DNA of 64,000 nucleotides from Chloroflexota bacterium. Lineage in GTDB: Bacteria; Chloroflexota; Dormibacteria; Dormibacterales; Dormibacteraceae. The translations under genes were made by a program, and so were the position numbers. A model generated the notes under the pieces. It worked only from the letters and a program-made list of their open reading frames with translations. It did not search any database and had not been told where the DNA came from. Shown here piece after piece: positions 35,475 to 43,059 of the stretch. Each line of letters opens with the position of its first letter. Position 1 is the first letter of the stretch. Where the stretch lies: assembly GCA_005882135.1 (NCBI GenBank), contig VBDR01000037.1:23595-87594 (forward strand), in the 5' to 3' direction.

Positions 35475-36617
35475 TTATGCCGGGGCTTGTCTCCTGGAGT
35501 CATCCCAGGTTGTTAACGGCCACCATGCCGCGATCACCAGCGCCAGCAGGAGCGCGATCTCGAGCCAAGGCCATCGATTCAGGTGAAGGCTGGCTCCCTT
35601 GAGGTAGAGGTAAGGGCTCGCGAGGAACCAACCCAGCGCCAGTGGCGCGCGCCAGGCGAGCGCAGGCCGCTCCTCCCAGACCATCCATCCAGCGGCCGCA
35701 AGCAGGACCAGATCCGAGCCGTGCAGGTACGGCGAGACCACCAGCGAACCGACGATCGCGAGCGGAATCACCAGCCCTGGTGAGTGCCGGAGCTTGTATG
35801 AGGCGGCAAGGACCGCACCGATGATGAGCACCCGCAGGGCGGTGGCGAACACCCCCGTCAACGACAGCGCGCCGTGCAGGGTGAGATCGTCGGCGCCCTT
35901 CGGCAGCGGCCCGCGCAGCTGCGTCACGTAGGCCCACATGCCATCGGGGCCGACCGTCAGCAGGACCACGATGAGGACCGCGGCCGATGCCCCGACCCAT
36001 GCTGCAAACGCGCGATAACGCCACGCAAACAAGAGCGCGATGGGCACGAGGATCGCTGTGTTGGGTTTGAGGACCAACGTGACGAGCGCGATTCCGGCCA
36101 GCACGTCACGACGTTCGCGTGTCAACCGCCATGCGACCACGGTCCCTGCAGCCACCAGCGGGACGACCTGGCCGACGTTGACGGCGTGCATGACCCACCA
36201 CGGAGCGAGGGCGCCGACGACTGCGATCCAGCGGCCCCAGCCCGTGCTGACGCCCGCCCACGCCAACGCCACCGCGAACATGGCCAGGATGAACACCGCC
36301 CACACCACGTACGCCAGCCCATATGGAAGCGTGACCAGGGGCGCTGTCACGAACGCCACCGTCGGCGGGCTCAGAAATGGCTGGGCAATCTGCCCCGGCG
36401 ACAGCTCCTTCTGCGCGACCGCGACCAGCCACTGGTTGTAGACGCTCGACCACCCGTGGTCCAACCCGACTTTGCCGGCGGCCAGGTAGGTGTGGAAGTC
36501 GACGCTGATAGGGTCGTGGCGGATGAGCACGTCCAGCAGAAAGGCGAACGCCACCGCAGCCAGGGCCAGCACGTGCCAGCCTCGCCGATCGGCGGCCACG
36601 TTGAAGCGACTAATCAA
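35475..36617 (-). CDS. Polytopic GT-C membrane glycosyltransferase, GT87/DUF2029-like
   Basis: 380 aa with about 10 TM helices. The first loop DFHTYLAAGKVGLDHGWSSVY resembles the DUF2029 acidic loop. TTG start. Confidence 0.6.
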   Translation of the reverse strand: MISRFNVAADRRGWHVLALAAVAFAFLLDVLIRHDPISVDFHTYLAAGKVGLDHGWSSVYNQWLVAVAQKELSPGQIAQPFLSPPTVAFVTAPLVTLPYGLAYVVWAVFILAMFAVALAWAGVSTGWGRWIAVVGALAPWWVMHAVNVGQVVPLVAAGTVVAWRLTRERRDVLAGIALVTLVLKPNTAILVPIALLFAWRYRAFAAWVGASAAVLIVVLLTVGPDGMWAYVTQLRGPLPKGADDLTLHGALSLTGVFATALRVLIIGAVLAASYKLRHSPGLVIPLAIVGSLVVSPYLHGSDLVLLAAAGWMVWEERPALAWRAPLALGWFLASPYLYLKGASLHLNRWPWLEIALLLALVIAAWWPLTTWDDSRRQAPA

Positions 36618-36678
36618 TGCCTCCCCCCGGATCTGAGCCTACCGCAACCCAGTTACGCGTCTCTTATATTCCCAACGC

Positions 36679-38160
36679 ATGGCCGGCCACGGTCTGACGA
36701 TTTCCTGGCGGACGGCGGCCTGGCCTGCCCTGATCGGAATCTCTATTTTCGCCGTTCACCTTCCTGAATTTCTTCACCGCCTCCTGGACGGAGACGAGGC
36801 CATCTACGGTTCGATCGCCGTCCTCATGAATATGGGCGGCGCTCTTTACGGGTCAGGCGGCGTCGACAACAAGCCGCCGGGCGTGTTCTGGGTTTACGCC
36901 GCCACGTTCCGCGGCTTCGGCGCCTACCAGATGGCCGCGATCCACACCATCGGCTTCCTCGCCATGGCCGCCACCTGTGTGCTGATGTTTGTGATCGCCC
37001 GCGACCTCGCGGGCCGCCGGGCGGGGCTCCTGGCCGCTTTGTTCTACGGCGTCCTCACCGCGGCGGGCAACCCGCGGCTCCTCGCCTCGAACACCGAGAT
37101 CTTCATGATGCTGCCGCTGACAGGTTCGGTCCTCCTCATGCTGCGGCGACGGTGGTTCTGGTCCGGGGTCCTGCTGGTCGCCGCCGGGGCTTTTCGCCAG
37201 TCGGCGGCGATCAACGTGCTGCTCGTCGCGGTGGGCGTGTTCTGGCTGGAATCCGAGCCGCAGCGGTGGCGTGCCATCACGCATCTCGCCGCGGGTCTCG
37301 TGATCGCCCTGATCGCCGGCGCCGCGCTGATCAGCCTCTCGGGGTCAGTGACCGGTTTCTGGCGCTGGACGGTCGGGACGCTGGTCGGTTACGCATCGAC
37401 CAGCTGGACGCCTGCCTACGTCTGGCTGCGTGCGAAGGACAGCATCGTGCCGTTCCTCCTCGACATGGCTGTCTTCTGGATCGCGGCCATAGCCCTCGCC
37501 GCGCGCTGGCGTGGCCTTGCCGTGCAGGTCCGGCTCGTGGTCGTATGGCTCGTGGTCGCGATGACGGGCTCGCTCGCCGGCGGTCACCTCTCGTGGCATT
37601 ACTTCATCCAGGCGATGGGGCCGCTGGCGGTGCTCGCCGCGCTCGCGTTCGACCGCTTCCGACTGAGGAAGGTCGTGACGGCGGCCGCGGTCGCCGGGAT
37701 CGCGATCCCGACGCTGGCCTGGTGGGCGTTCGATATCACTGTCGATCCGCTGACGTACGACTTCGCGTCGCCGCCTCAGCACGCAGCAGTTGCCGCCTAC
37801 ATCGCGGAGCACACGTCGGGGTCAGACCGCGTCTTCGTCTGGGGTGACTGGCCTGCGCTCTACGTCGAGTCCGACCGTGTCATGGCCGGCCGGTTCCCGG
37901 GCTTCCTCCGAGGCTTCGCGCGTGGATCCGATATCCCGCCGAACAACTGGGACACCTCGCCCGACGTGTGGCCTCTCCTCCGGTCCGACCTCGCCGCCAA
38001 CCCGCCCGCCCTCATCGTCGACACGGCCACCGCGGACTGGAGCGACTTCTCGAAGTACCCCATGAGCGACTACCCTGTGCTGGCAAGCTTGGTGGCGACG
38101 CAATACCATCGGGTGGCGACCTTAGGCGGCGTCGTGATCTACGCGCGCAACGCCGGCTAG
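36679..38160 (+). CDS. Polytopic GT-C glycosyltransferase, GT39/ArnT-PMT-like
   Basis: The first loop LDGDEAIYGSIA...DNKPPG carries the DE motif. About 11 TM helices and a soluble C-terminal domain. TATATT at 36665-36670 lies 8 nt before the ATG and there is no SD. Confidence 0.7.
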   Translation: MAGHGLTISWRTAAWPALIGISIFAVHLPEFLHRLLDGDEAIYGSIAVLMNMGGALYGSGGVDNKPPGVFWVYAATFRGFGAYQMAAIHTIGFLAMAATCVLMFVIARDLAGRRAGLLAALFYGVLTAAGNPRLLASNTEIFMMLPLTGSVLLMLRRRWFWSGVLLVAAGAFRQSAAINVLLVAVGVFWLESEPQRWRAITHLAAGLVIALIAGAALISLSGSVTGFWRWTVGTLVGYASTSWTPAYVWLRAKDSIVPFLLDMAVFWIAAIALAARWRGLAVQVRLVVVWLVVAMTGSLAGGHLSWHYFIQAMGPLAVLAALAFDRFRLRKVVTAAAVAGIAIPTLAWWAFDITVDPLTYDFASPPQHAAVAAYIAEHTSGSDRVFVWGDWPALYVESDRVMAGRFPGFLRGFARGSDIPPNNWDTSPDVWPLLRSDLAANPPALIVDTATADWSDFSKYPMSDYPVLASLVATQYHRVATLGGVVIYARNAG

Positions 38161-38915
38161 GGCGGCGGCTCGACCTTGATCGGCAGCGGCGGCGGCTCGA
38201 CCTTGACCGGCAGCGGCGGCGCCTGCACCGGCAAGCTCAGGGCCGGCGGCTGAATCGCCGGCAGCACGACTTCCTTGGCGGCCGGAACCACGGACTGAGC
38301 GGTCGGCGGAGGCATCGGGGCCGACAGCGTGGCGGGGGAGTTCGACGTTGATTGCGACGGCTGGCCGTCGCGCTGGACGGCGACCGGCTGGGGCGCAGGC
38401 TGCGAGACGATGATGGCCGCGGCCGCGGCCACCGTCGCGGTCTGGGCGATGTGCTGAAGGCTGTCGCTCAGCCAGCGGCCAGAGAGCCAGACCGTGAGCG
38501 CGTAGAGCGCCCGCCTTCGAAGCGCGTGGCCGTGCTGTATGAACTCGCTGATCGCGCCCAGTGCCCGGCGGAGTCTTCGCTGCACAGTCACCTCGGTCAG
38601 GCCGACGTGGCGCGCGATCTCGCGGTTGGAGTAGCCGCCGAAGTAAGCAAGCTTGACGACATGCTTGTCCTCAGCCGGCAGCGTGCGCATAGCCTCGTCA
38701 ACCGCATGCCGGACCATCGCGCCCGAAAAGTCTTTCCACCGATGCGGTTGGTCGTCGGCTGGGGTCATGCCTTCGATCAAGATCTTCTTGAGCCCTTTGT
38801 TTGCACCGCGCATCCGGCGGGGATCGACGGGAGCCCGGCGGGCACCTGTCATCAGCCACGCCCGCCAGGTGTCATTCGTGGCCTCAGGAAGCGCGTAATT
38901 CTCGGCTTCCGGCAT
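38157..38915 (-). CDS. Membrane-tethered sigma-70 region-4 (HTH) protein with a Pro-rich repeat tail; no region 2
   Basis: LPAEDKHVVKLAYFGGYSNREIARHVGLTEVTVQRRLRRAL is a sigma70_r4-type HTH. It is followed by hydrophobic segments (ALYALTVWLS, TATVAAAAAIIV), then PPLPVKVEPPPLPIKVEPPP. Confidence 0.65.
   Translation of the reverse strand: MPEAENYALPEATNDTWRAWLMTGARRAPVDPRRMRGANKGLKKILIEGMTPADDQPHRWKDFSGAMVRHAVDEAMRTLPAEDKHVVKLAYFGGYSNREIARHVGLTEVTVQRRLRRALGAISEFIQHGHALRRRALYALTVWLSGRWLSDSLQHIAQTATVAAAAAIIVSQPAPQPVAVQRDGQPSQSTSNSPATLSAPMPPPTAQSVVPAAKEVVLPAIQPPALSLPVQAPPLPVKVEPPPLPIKVEPPP
38161..38214. repeat. 27-bp tandem repeat (2 near-identical units plus a degenerate third) encoding the PPLP(V/I)KVEP tail
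   Basis: GGCGGCGGCTCGACCTTGATCGGCAGC at 38161-38187 and the same unit with a single T-to-C change at 38188-38214. Confidence 0.9.
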
Positions 38916-38974
38916 CTATTCAGTACTCCGTTGTACTGAAAACTCCGGATGACCTGAAAGCACCCGGAGCGGGT

Positions 38975-39589
38975 TTAGGACTGTGAAGGACGGGATGGGC
39001 GTTTGATCTCCAGGATGTTCGGTTCCGCCGCCGCGACCGAGATCAGGCGGTCGAAAAGGCTAACCGCAGCAGCTCCATCGACCGGCTCCGCCAGGCGCAC
39101 GTAGGCCGCCGCCCCGCCGGCGAACACAAGGGTCGGGGTCCCAAAAACGCCATGCTCGGCCACCCCCAGTCGGTGATCGTGGGCGAGCGATTGCAAGATC
39201 GACGGGTCGGCAAGATCGGTGTGGAATCGGTCGAGGTCGAACCCGGAGCCGGCGGCGGTGCGGTCCACCACCTCCGGGTCGTCGAGGTCCAGCCGGTCCC
39301 GGTGTCTTGCCAGCAGGAGCGCGCGGTGAAGCTCGTCGAAGCGACCCTGCCGGCGGGCGGCTTCGGCGGCCTGAAAAGCGAGCCGCCCTCTCACCTTATC
39401 GGAGGCAGCCGCATCCCATACGGTCCAGCCGTCATCCTTGGAGTTCACCTGCGTGAGCGAGAAATACCGCCAGCGAATGTCGAAGTCCCGATCACCCGAT
39501 CGCCGTACGGCTTCGAGCAGGCCGGCCGCTCGGTAGACGAACGGACACTGGTAGTCGAAAAAGACCTCGAATTTGATGCGCTCAGCCAT
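38975..39589 (-). CDS. DsbA-like thioredoxin-fold protein (single-Cys CPFV site)
   Basis: Start at the internal ATG 39589. FFDYQCPFVY...GVFGTPTLVF. Confidence 0.75.
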   Translation of the reverse strand: MAERIKFEVFFDYQCPFVYRAAGLLEAVRRSGDRDFDIRWRYFSLTQVNSKDDGWTVWDAAASDKVRGRLAFQAAEAARRQGRFDELHRALLLARHRDRLDLDDPEVVDRTAAGSGFDLDRFHTDLADPSILQSLAHDHRLGVAEHGVFGTPTLVFAGGAAAYVRLAEPVDGAAAVSLFDRLISVAAAEPNILEIKRPSRPSQS

Positions 39590-39650
39590 GGCCACGCCAA
39601 AGACTCCAACGCAGCTGCTGCTGACGCGTATTCCAGACAGCTGGGCATGG

Positions 39651-40208
39651 ATGCGGCCCGATCTCGTCATCAGGCTTCTGCCATTCACAGCCGCTTTCGT
39701 GATCGCGTATGTGCTCAGCGGGCGGGGTCGCTGGCTCGGCGTGGGGCTGGGCAACCTGACCGCGCAGGTGTCATTCGCGGCGGCAGCCGTGCCGCTGATG
39801 TTTGCCGCCGCCGTCGCCGTCCAGCTGTGGCTGACGCGCCGGCGCGGCGCGCTGAGCGTGCCGGCGGGAGCTGACGACGCCTGGTTCCAGGCCGCGTTCT
39901 ACGCGGTCAACGGGCCGATCGAGGAAGCCTTCTTTCGGGGCCTTGTCCAAGGGGCTTTGAGCGTCGCGTGGGGAGGCCCGATCGGGTTCTTGATCGCGAC
40001 CAGCGCCTACGTGCTCTATCACCGGCTCGGGCGCTGGACCTGGGCCGACACCTTCGCCACCGGGCTGGTCGGCATCCCGCTCGGGCTCGCGTACTGGCTG
40101 CTCCCGGGCCCGCCGTCGCTCCTGGGCGTCTCCCTCGCGCACATCGCGGCCACGTGCGGGTTTTTGGGCCCGGGGCCCTACCTGCTGCGAAGGTGGCGGC
40201 TCGTTTAG
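39651..40208 (+). CDS. CPBP (CAAX/Abi) intramembrane metalloprotease family
   Basis: EEAFFRGLVQG (EExxxR motif) and later YVLYH and LAHIAA histidines. The start is uncertain (39573 or 39651). Confidence 0.75.
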   Translation: MRPDLVIRLLPFTAAFVIAYVLSGRGRWLGVGLGNLTAQVSFAAAAVPLMFAAAVAVQLWLTRRRGALSVPAGADDAWFQAAFYAVNGPIEEAFFRGLVQGALSVAWGGPIGFLIATSAYVLYHRLGRWTWADTFATGLVGIPLGLAYWLLPGPPSLLGVSLAHIAATCGFLGPGPYLLRRWRLV

Positions 40209-41083
40209 ACCTGGCGGCGCCGCACGGCGTAATAAACAAGCCCCGCGAACGCCAGAACCGTGAAGCCCCACCATGCGATGTCGCCGGCGCCGGAGGGAGC
40301 CGGCACGCTGGCCAGGGCCTGGTTGCTGGTCGCGCCCCCGGCGATCTCGATCTGAGCCTTCGCGAGATCGCGTATCGCGCTGCTCACGAGTTGGTGCGGG
40401 ACCAGCCAGTACAGAACGTCGAAGACATTCCTGACCGCCGCGTTGCCGATCAAACCGCCATCGGCCAGCATGTGCACGGTCGCGATGATGCCGGTGACCA
40501 CGTTGTAGTAGATGAAAGTGACCACCGCCGCGAGGATGTTGTTGATCCAGGTGCTCACCGAAAGCACGATCAGCATGACCACGATCGCGTTCGCAACGAC
40601 CGCGAGCAGCTGACCGGTCAGCGCGTTCTCCAGCCCACCTCCGAACAGAAACATGACAGCGCGTGCCTCGAGGGCGAGAAGGCCCACGATCACGATCAGG
40701 CCGACGATCGCGGCCAGGATCTTGCCGGCCGCAAAGGCGAGACGGGATATCGGCTTGGAGAAGATGCTCACCGCCGAGCCTGAATCGAGGTCGTGGTAGA
40801 TCGCCGTCATGCCGATCGCATACGCGATCAGGAGCGCAAAGATCGCCAGCGCCTGGAACACATAGGAGACGAAGAGAAGCTCCAGAAAGTGGTTGAAGGT
40901 GGCGGCGTCGACGCTACCGCTGGCAAAGCTCTGCGGATTCGATGCCGCGACCTGGTACAGCACCTTCAGCCCGCCGCCAAGAGCGATGATGCCGATCGCG
41001 CCGATGATGAAAAAGACGAGCAGGATTCGGCGTCGCGACAGCTCGAGCAGCGTGTAGCGCGCGACTGCACCCGATCCGTTCAT
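40205..41083 (-). CDS. ABC-2 family transporter permease
   Basis: Six TM helices. ATGA-type overlap with the upstream ATPase gene. Confidence 0.75.
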   Translation of the reverse strand: MNGSGAVARYTLLELSRRRILLVFFIIGAIGIIALGGGLKVLYQVAASNPQSFASGSVDAATFNHFLELLFVSYVFQALAIFALLIAYAIGMTAIYHDLDSGSAVSIFSKPISRLAFAAGKILAAIVGLIVIVGLLALEARAVMFLFGGGLENALTGQLLAVVANAIVVMLIVLSVSTWINNILAAVVTFIYYNVVTGIIATVHMLADGGLIGNAAVRNVFDVLYWLVPHQLVSSAIRDLAKAQIEIAGGATSNQALASVPAPSGAGDIAWWGFTVLAFAGLVYYAVRRRQV

Positions 41084-41847
41084 GGCGTGGTGTCGCTGAT
41101 GAAGGAGGGCAGGTGGTCGCGCTGTGGTTGATTCGCCTCCACGAGCCGGACGAAGACGTCTTCGAGATTGCTGCCTTCGGGGACCACCTCGGCCATCGCT
41201 CCCTCTTTGAGCACGCGGCCCCTGGCAAGGATCGCCACCGTGTCGCAGACGAGCTCCACCTCGCTGAGGAGATGGCTGTTGAGGAGGATCGCAACGCCGC
41301 TGGCTTTGAGCCGCTCGATCAGCGCGCGCACATCGCGCCTGCCCATCGGGTCGAGGTCGGCGGTCGGCTCATCGAGGATCAGGAGCTTGGGCCTACCGAG
41401 GATCGCCTGCGCGATGCCGAGCCGCTGCTTCATCCCTTTGGAGTACTGGCGGATCTGCCGCCGCTCCGCCTCCAGGCCGGCGAACGCCAGCGTTTCCGGA
41501 ATTCGGCGCCTGCGCTCTGCCTGGTCCAGGCCGAGCAGGCTCGCGAAGTAGTCGAGCACCTCGGACGCGCGCAGGAACTTCGGGAAGTCAGGGTCCTCGG
41601 GTGAGAAGCCCAGGTCCTTACGCGCCACCGCGTTGCCCGGGTCCGATCCGAACAGGGAGACGGTCCCGGTATCCGGCCTCAGCAGGCCCGCGATCATCTT
41701 CACCACGCTCGTCTTGCCGGCGCCGTTGGGCCCCAGAAGCCCGAAAGCCTGGCCGGCCTGCAGGTCGAACGTGACGCCGTCGACAGCCCACGGATCACGA
41801 CGCCGGTAGCGCTTGCGCAAGTTCTGCACGCTGACCACGCCTGCCAT
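41080..41847 (-). CDS. ABC transporter ATP-binding protein
   Basis: GPNGAGKTS, YSKGMKQRL, LILDEP. Confidence 0.9.
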   Translation of the reverse strand: MAGVVSVQNLRKRYRRRDPWAVDGVTFDLQAGQAFGLLGPNGAGKTSVVKMIAGLLRPDTGTVSLFGSDPGNAVARKDLGFSPEDPDFPKFLRASEVLDYFASLLGLDQAERRRRIPETLAFAGLEAERRQIRQYSKGMKQRLGIAQAILGRPKLLILDEPTADLDPMGRRDVRALIERLKASGVAILLNSHLLSEVELVCDTVAILARGRVLKEGAMAEVVPEGSNLEDVFVRLVEANQPQRDHLPSFISDTTP

Positions 41848-41869
41848 GGGCTAGGCGACTATACGCTGC

Positions 41870-43045
41870 GTGATTCAGCTCGAGCGGCGGCAGCGCGTCA
41901 CCCTCATCTGGGCTGGGCTTGCCGTCGTCCTGTCGGGTTTCGAAGGCTCGATCCTGATCCTGGCGCTGCCTGCGATCGCCCGCGATTTCCACGCCGGCAC
42001 GACGGCGCTGTCGGGACTTGGCTCGGTGTTGGCGTTGGGCACGCTGGGCGCCCTCCCCCTGGCGACGCTGGCCGACCGTTTCGGCCGTCGCCGGCTGATC
42101 GCCATCGGTGTGGCGGGGTTTTCGCTGGTCAACTTCGGCAGCGCATTTGTGCCCTCGCTGGCCGACATGGCGTTCTTGAAGCTCTTCGCCGTGTGCTTCG
42201 AGGTTCTCGTCGTGGGCGTGGCGACGGCGCTCATCGTGGAGGAGGCGCCGTCGGCGCGACGCGGCCAGGCGGTGAGCATCCTGGCCCTGCTCTCGGGGCT
42301 GGGCACAGGCATCACGGTGATCGCATATCCCATCATCGCCCCGCACTGGCGATGGCTGTTCCTCGCTTGCGGGATCGGACTGCCGCTCTCGCCGCTGATC
42401 TGGTGGCTCTTGCCAGAGGGCAAGACCTGGCAGGGCGTGCGTGTGACCGGCTCCGCGCTGCGGCTGCTGATGCAGTCGCCGTGGCGCCGCCGGATCCTCA
42501 TCCTGGCCGCGATGTTCGCGCTGCTCGCGGTCCTGCTCGAGCCGGCGGGCCTGCTCTACACGGTCTATGCGAGCGCTGTCCTTCGATGGTCCGCGACCGA
42601 GATCAGCATCCTGATCGTGGTTTCGGGAATCGTCGGCGCGGCGTCATACCTGGCCGGCGGATACCTGACCGACCGTTACGGTCGCAGAGGTCCCGCGATC
42701 GCGCTCACCGTCGCCACGGCCGCCGCGACCAGCCTGAGCTTCGCCACCGCCGCGGTCGGCTTCTTCGTCGGCAACGTGCTGTGGAGCGGCTTCGCCAGCG
42801 CCGCCACGCCTGTCTTCGGCGCCTGGTCGGGAGAGCTCTTTCCAACTCGCGCCCGGGCGACGGCAGAAGCTGCGATCGCCCTCGCGGGGGCGGCCGGCAG
42901 CATCGCCGGCCTGCAGGCGGTCGGCTATCTCGCAGGTTCCGCCGGGCTGGGCGGTGCGATCGAGCTCGGCGGCGTCGCCGCGGTTGCCGGGGCCCTGCTG
43001 CTCTTCCTGCTCCCGGAGACAAAACAGCAGCCTCTGCCCGAGTAA
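41870..43045 (+). CDS. MFS transporter (12 TM)
   Basis: Motif A occurs twice (LADRFGRRR and LTDRYGRRG). GTG start. Ends 14 nt before the first FAD-GcvT gene. Confidence 0.8.
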   Translation: MIQLERRQRVTLIWAGLAVVLSGFEGSILILALPAIARDFHAGTTALSGLGSVLALGTLGALPLATLADRFGRRRLIAIGVAGFSLVNFGSAFVPSLADMAFLKLFAVCFEVLVVGVATALIVEEAPSARRGQAVSILALLSGLGTGITVIAYPIIAPHWRWLFLACGIGLPLSPLIWWLLPEGKTWQGVRVTGSALRLLMQSPWRRRILILAAMFALLAVLLEPAGLLYTVYASAVLRWSATEISILIVVSGIVGAASYLAGGYLTDRYGRRGPAIALTVATAAATSLSFATAAVGFFVGNVLWSGFASAATPVFGAWSGELFPTRARATAEAAIALAGAAGSIAGLQAVGYLAGSAGLGGAIELGGVAAVAGALLLFLLPETKQQPLPE

Positions 43046-43059
43046 GGTTCAGCGAATAA

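Noticed and set aside
35391-36617. The idea that the GT87-like protein and the AdnA-like helicase form one polypeptide through TAA read-through, since they are in the same frame
   Set aside because: A membrane glycosyltransferase fused to a helicase-nuclease has no precedent I know of. TAA is the most efficient stop codon. An overlapping ATG at 35503 in another frame makes an indel or frameshift the simpler explanation. It is kept only as a remote alternative in the adnA finding.
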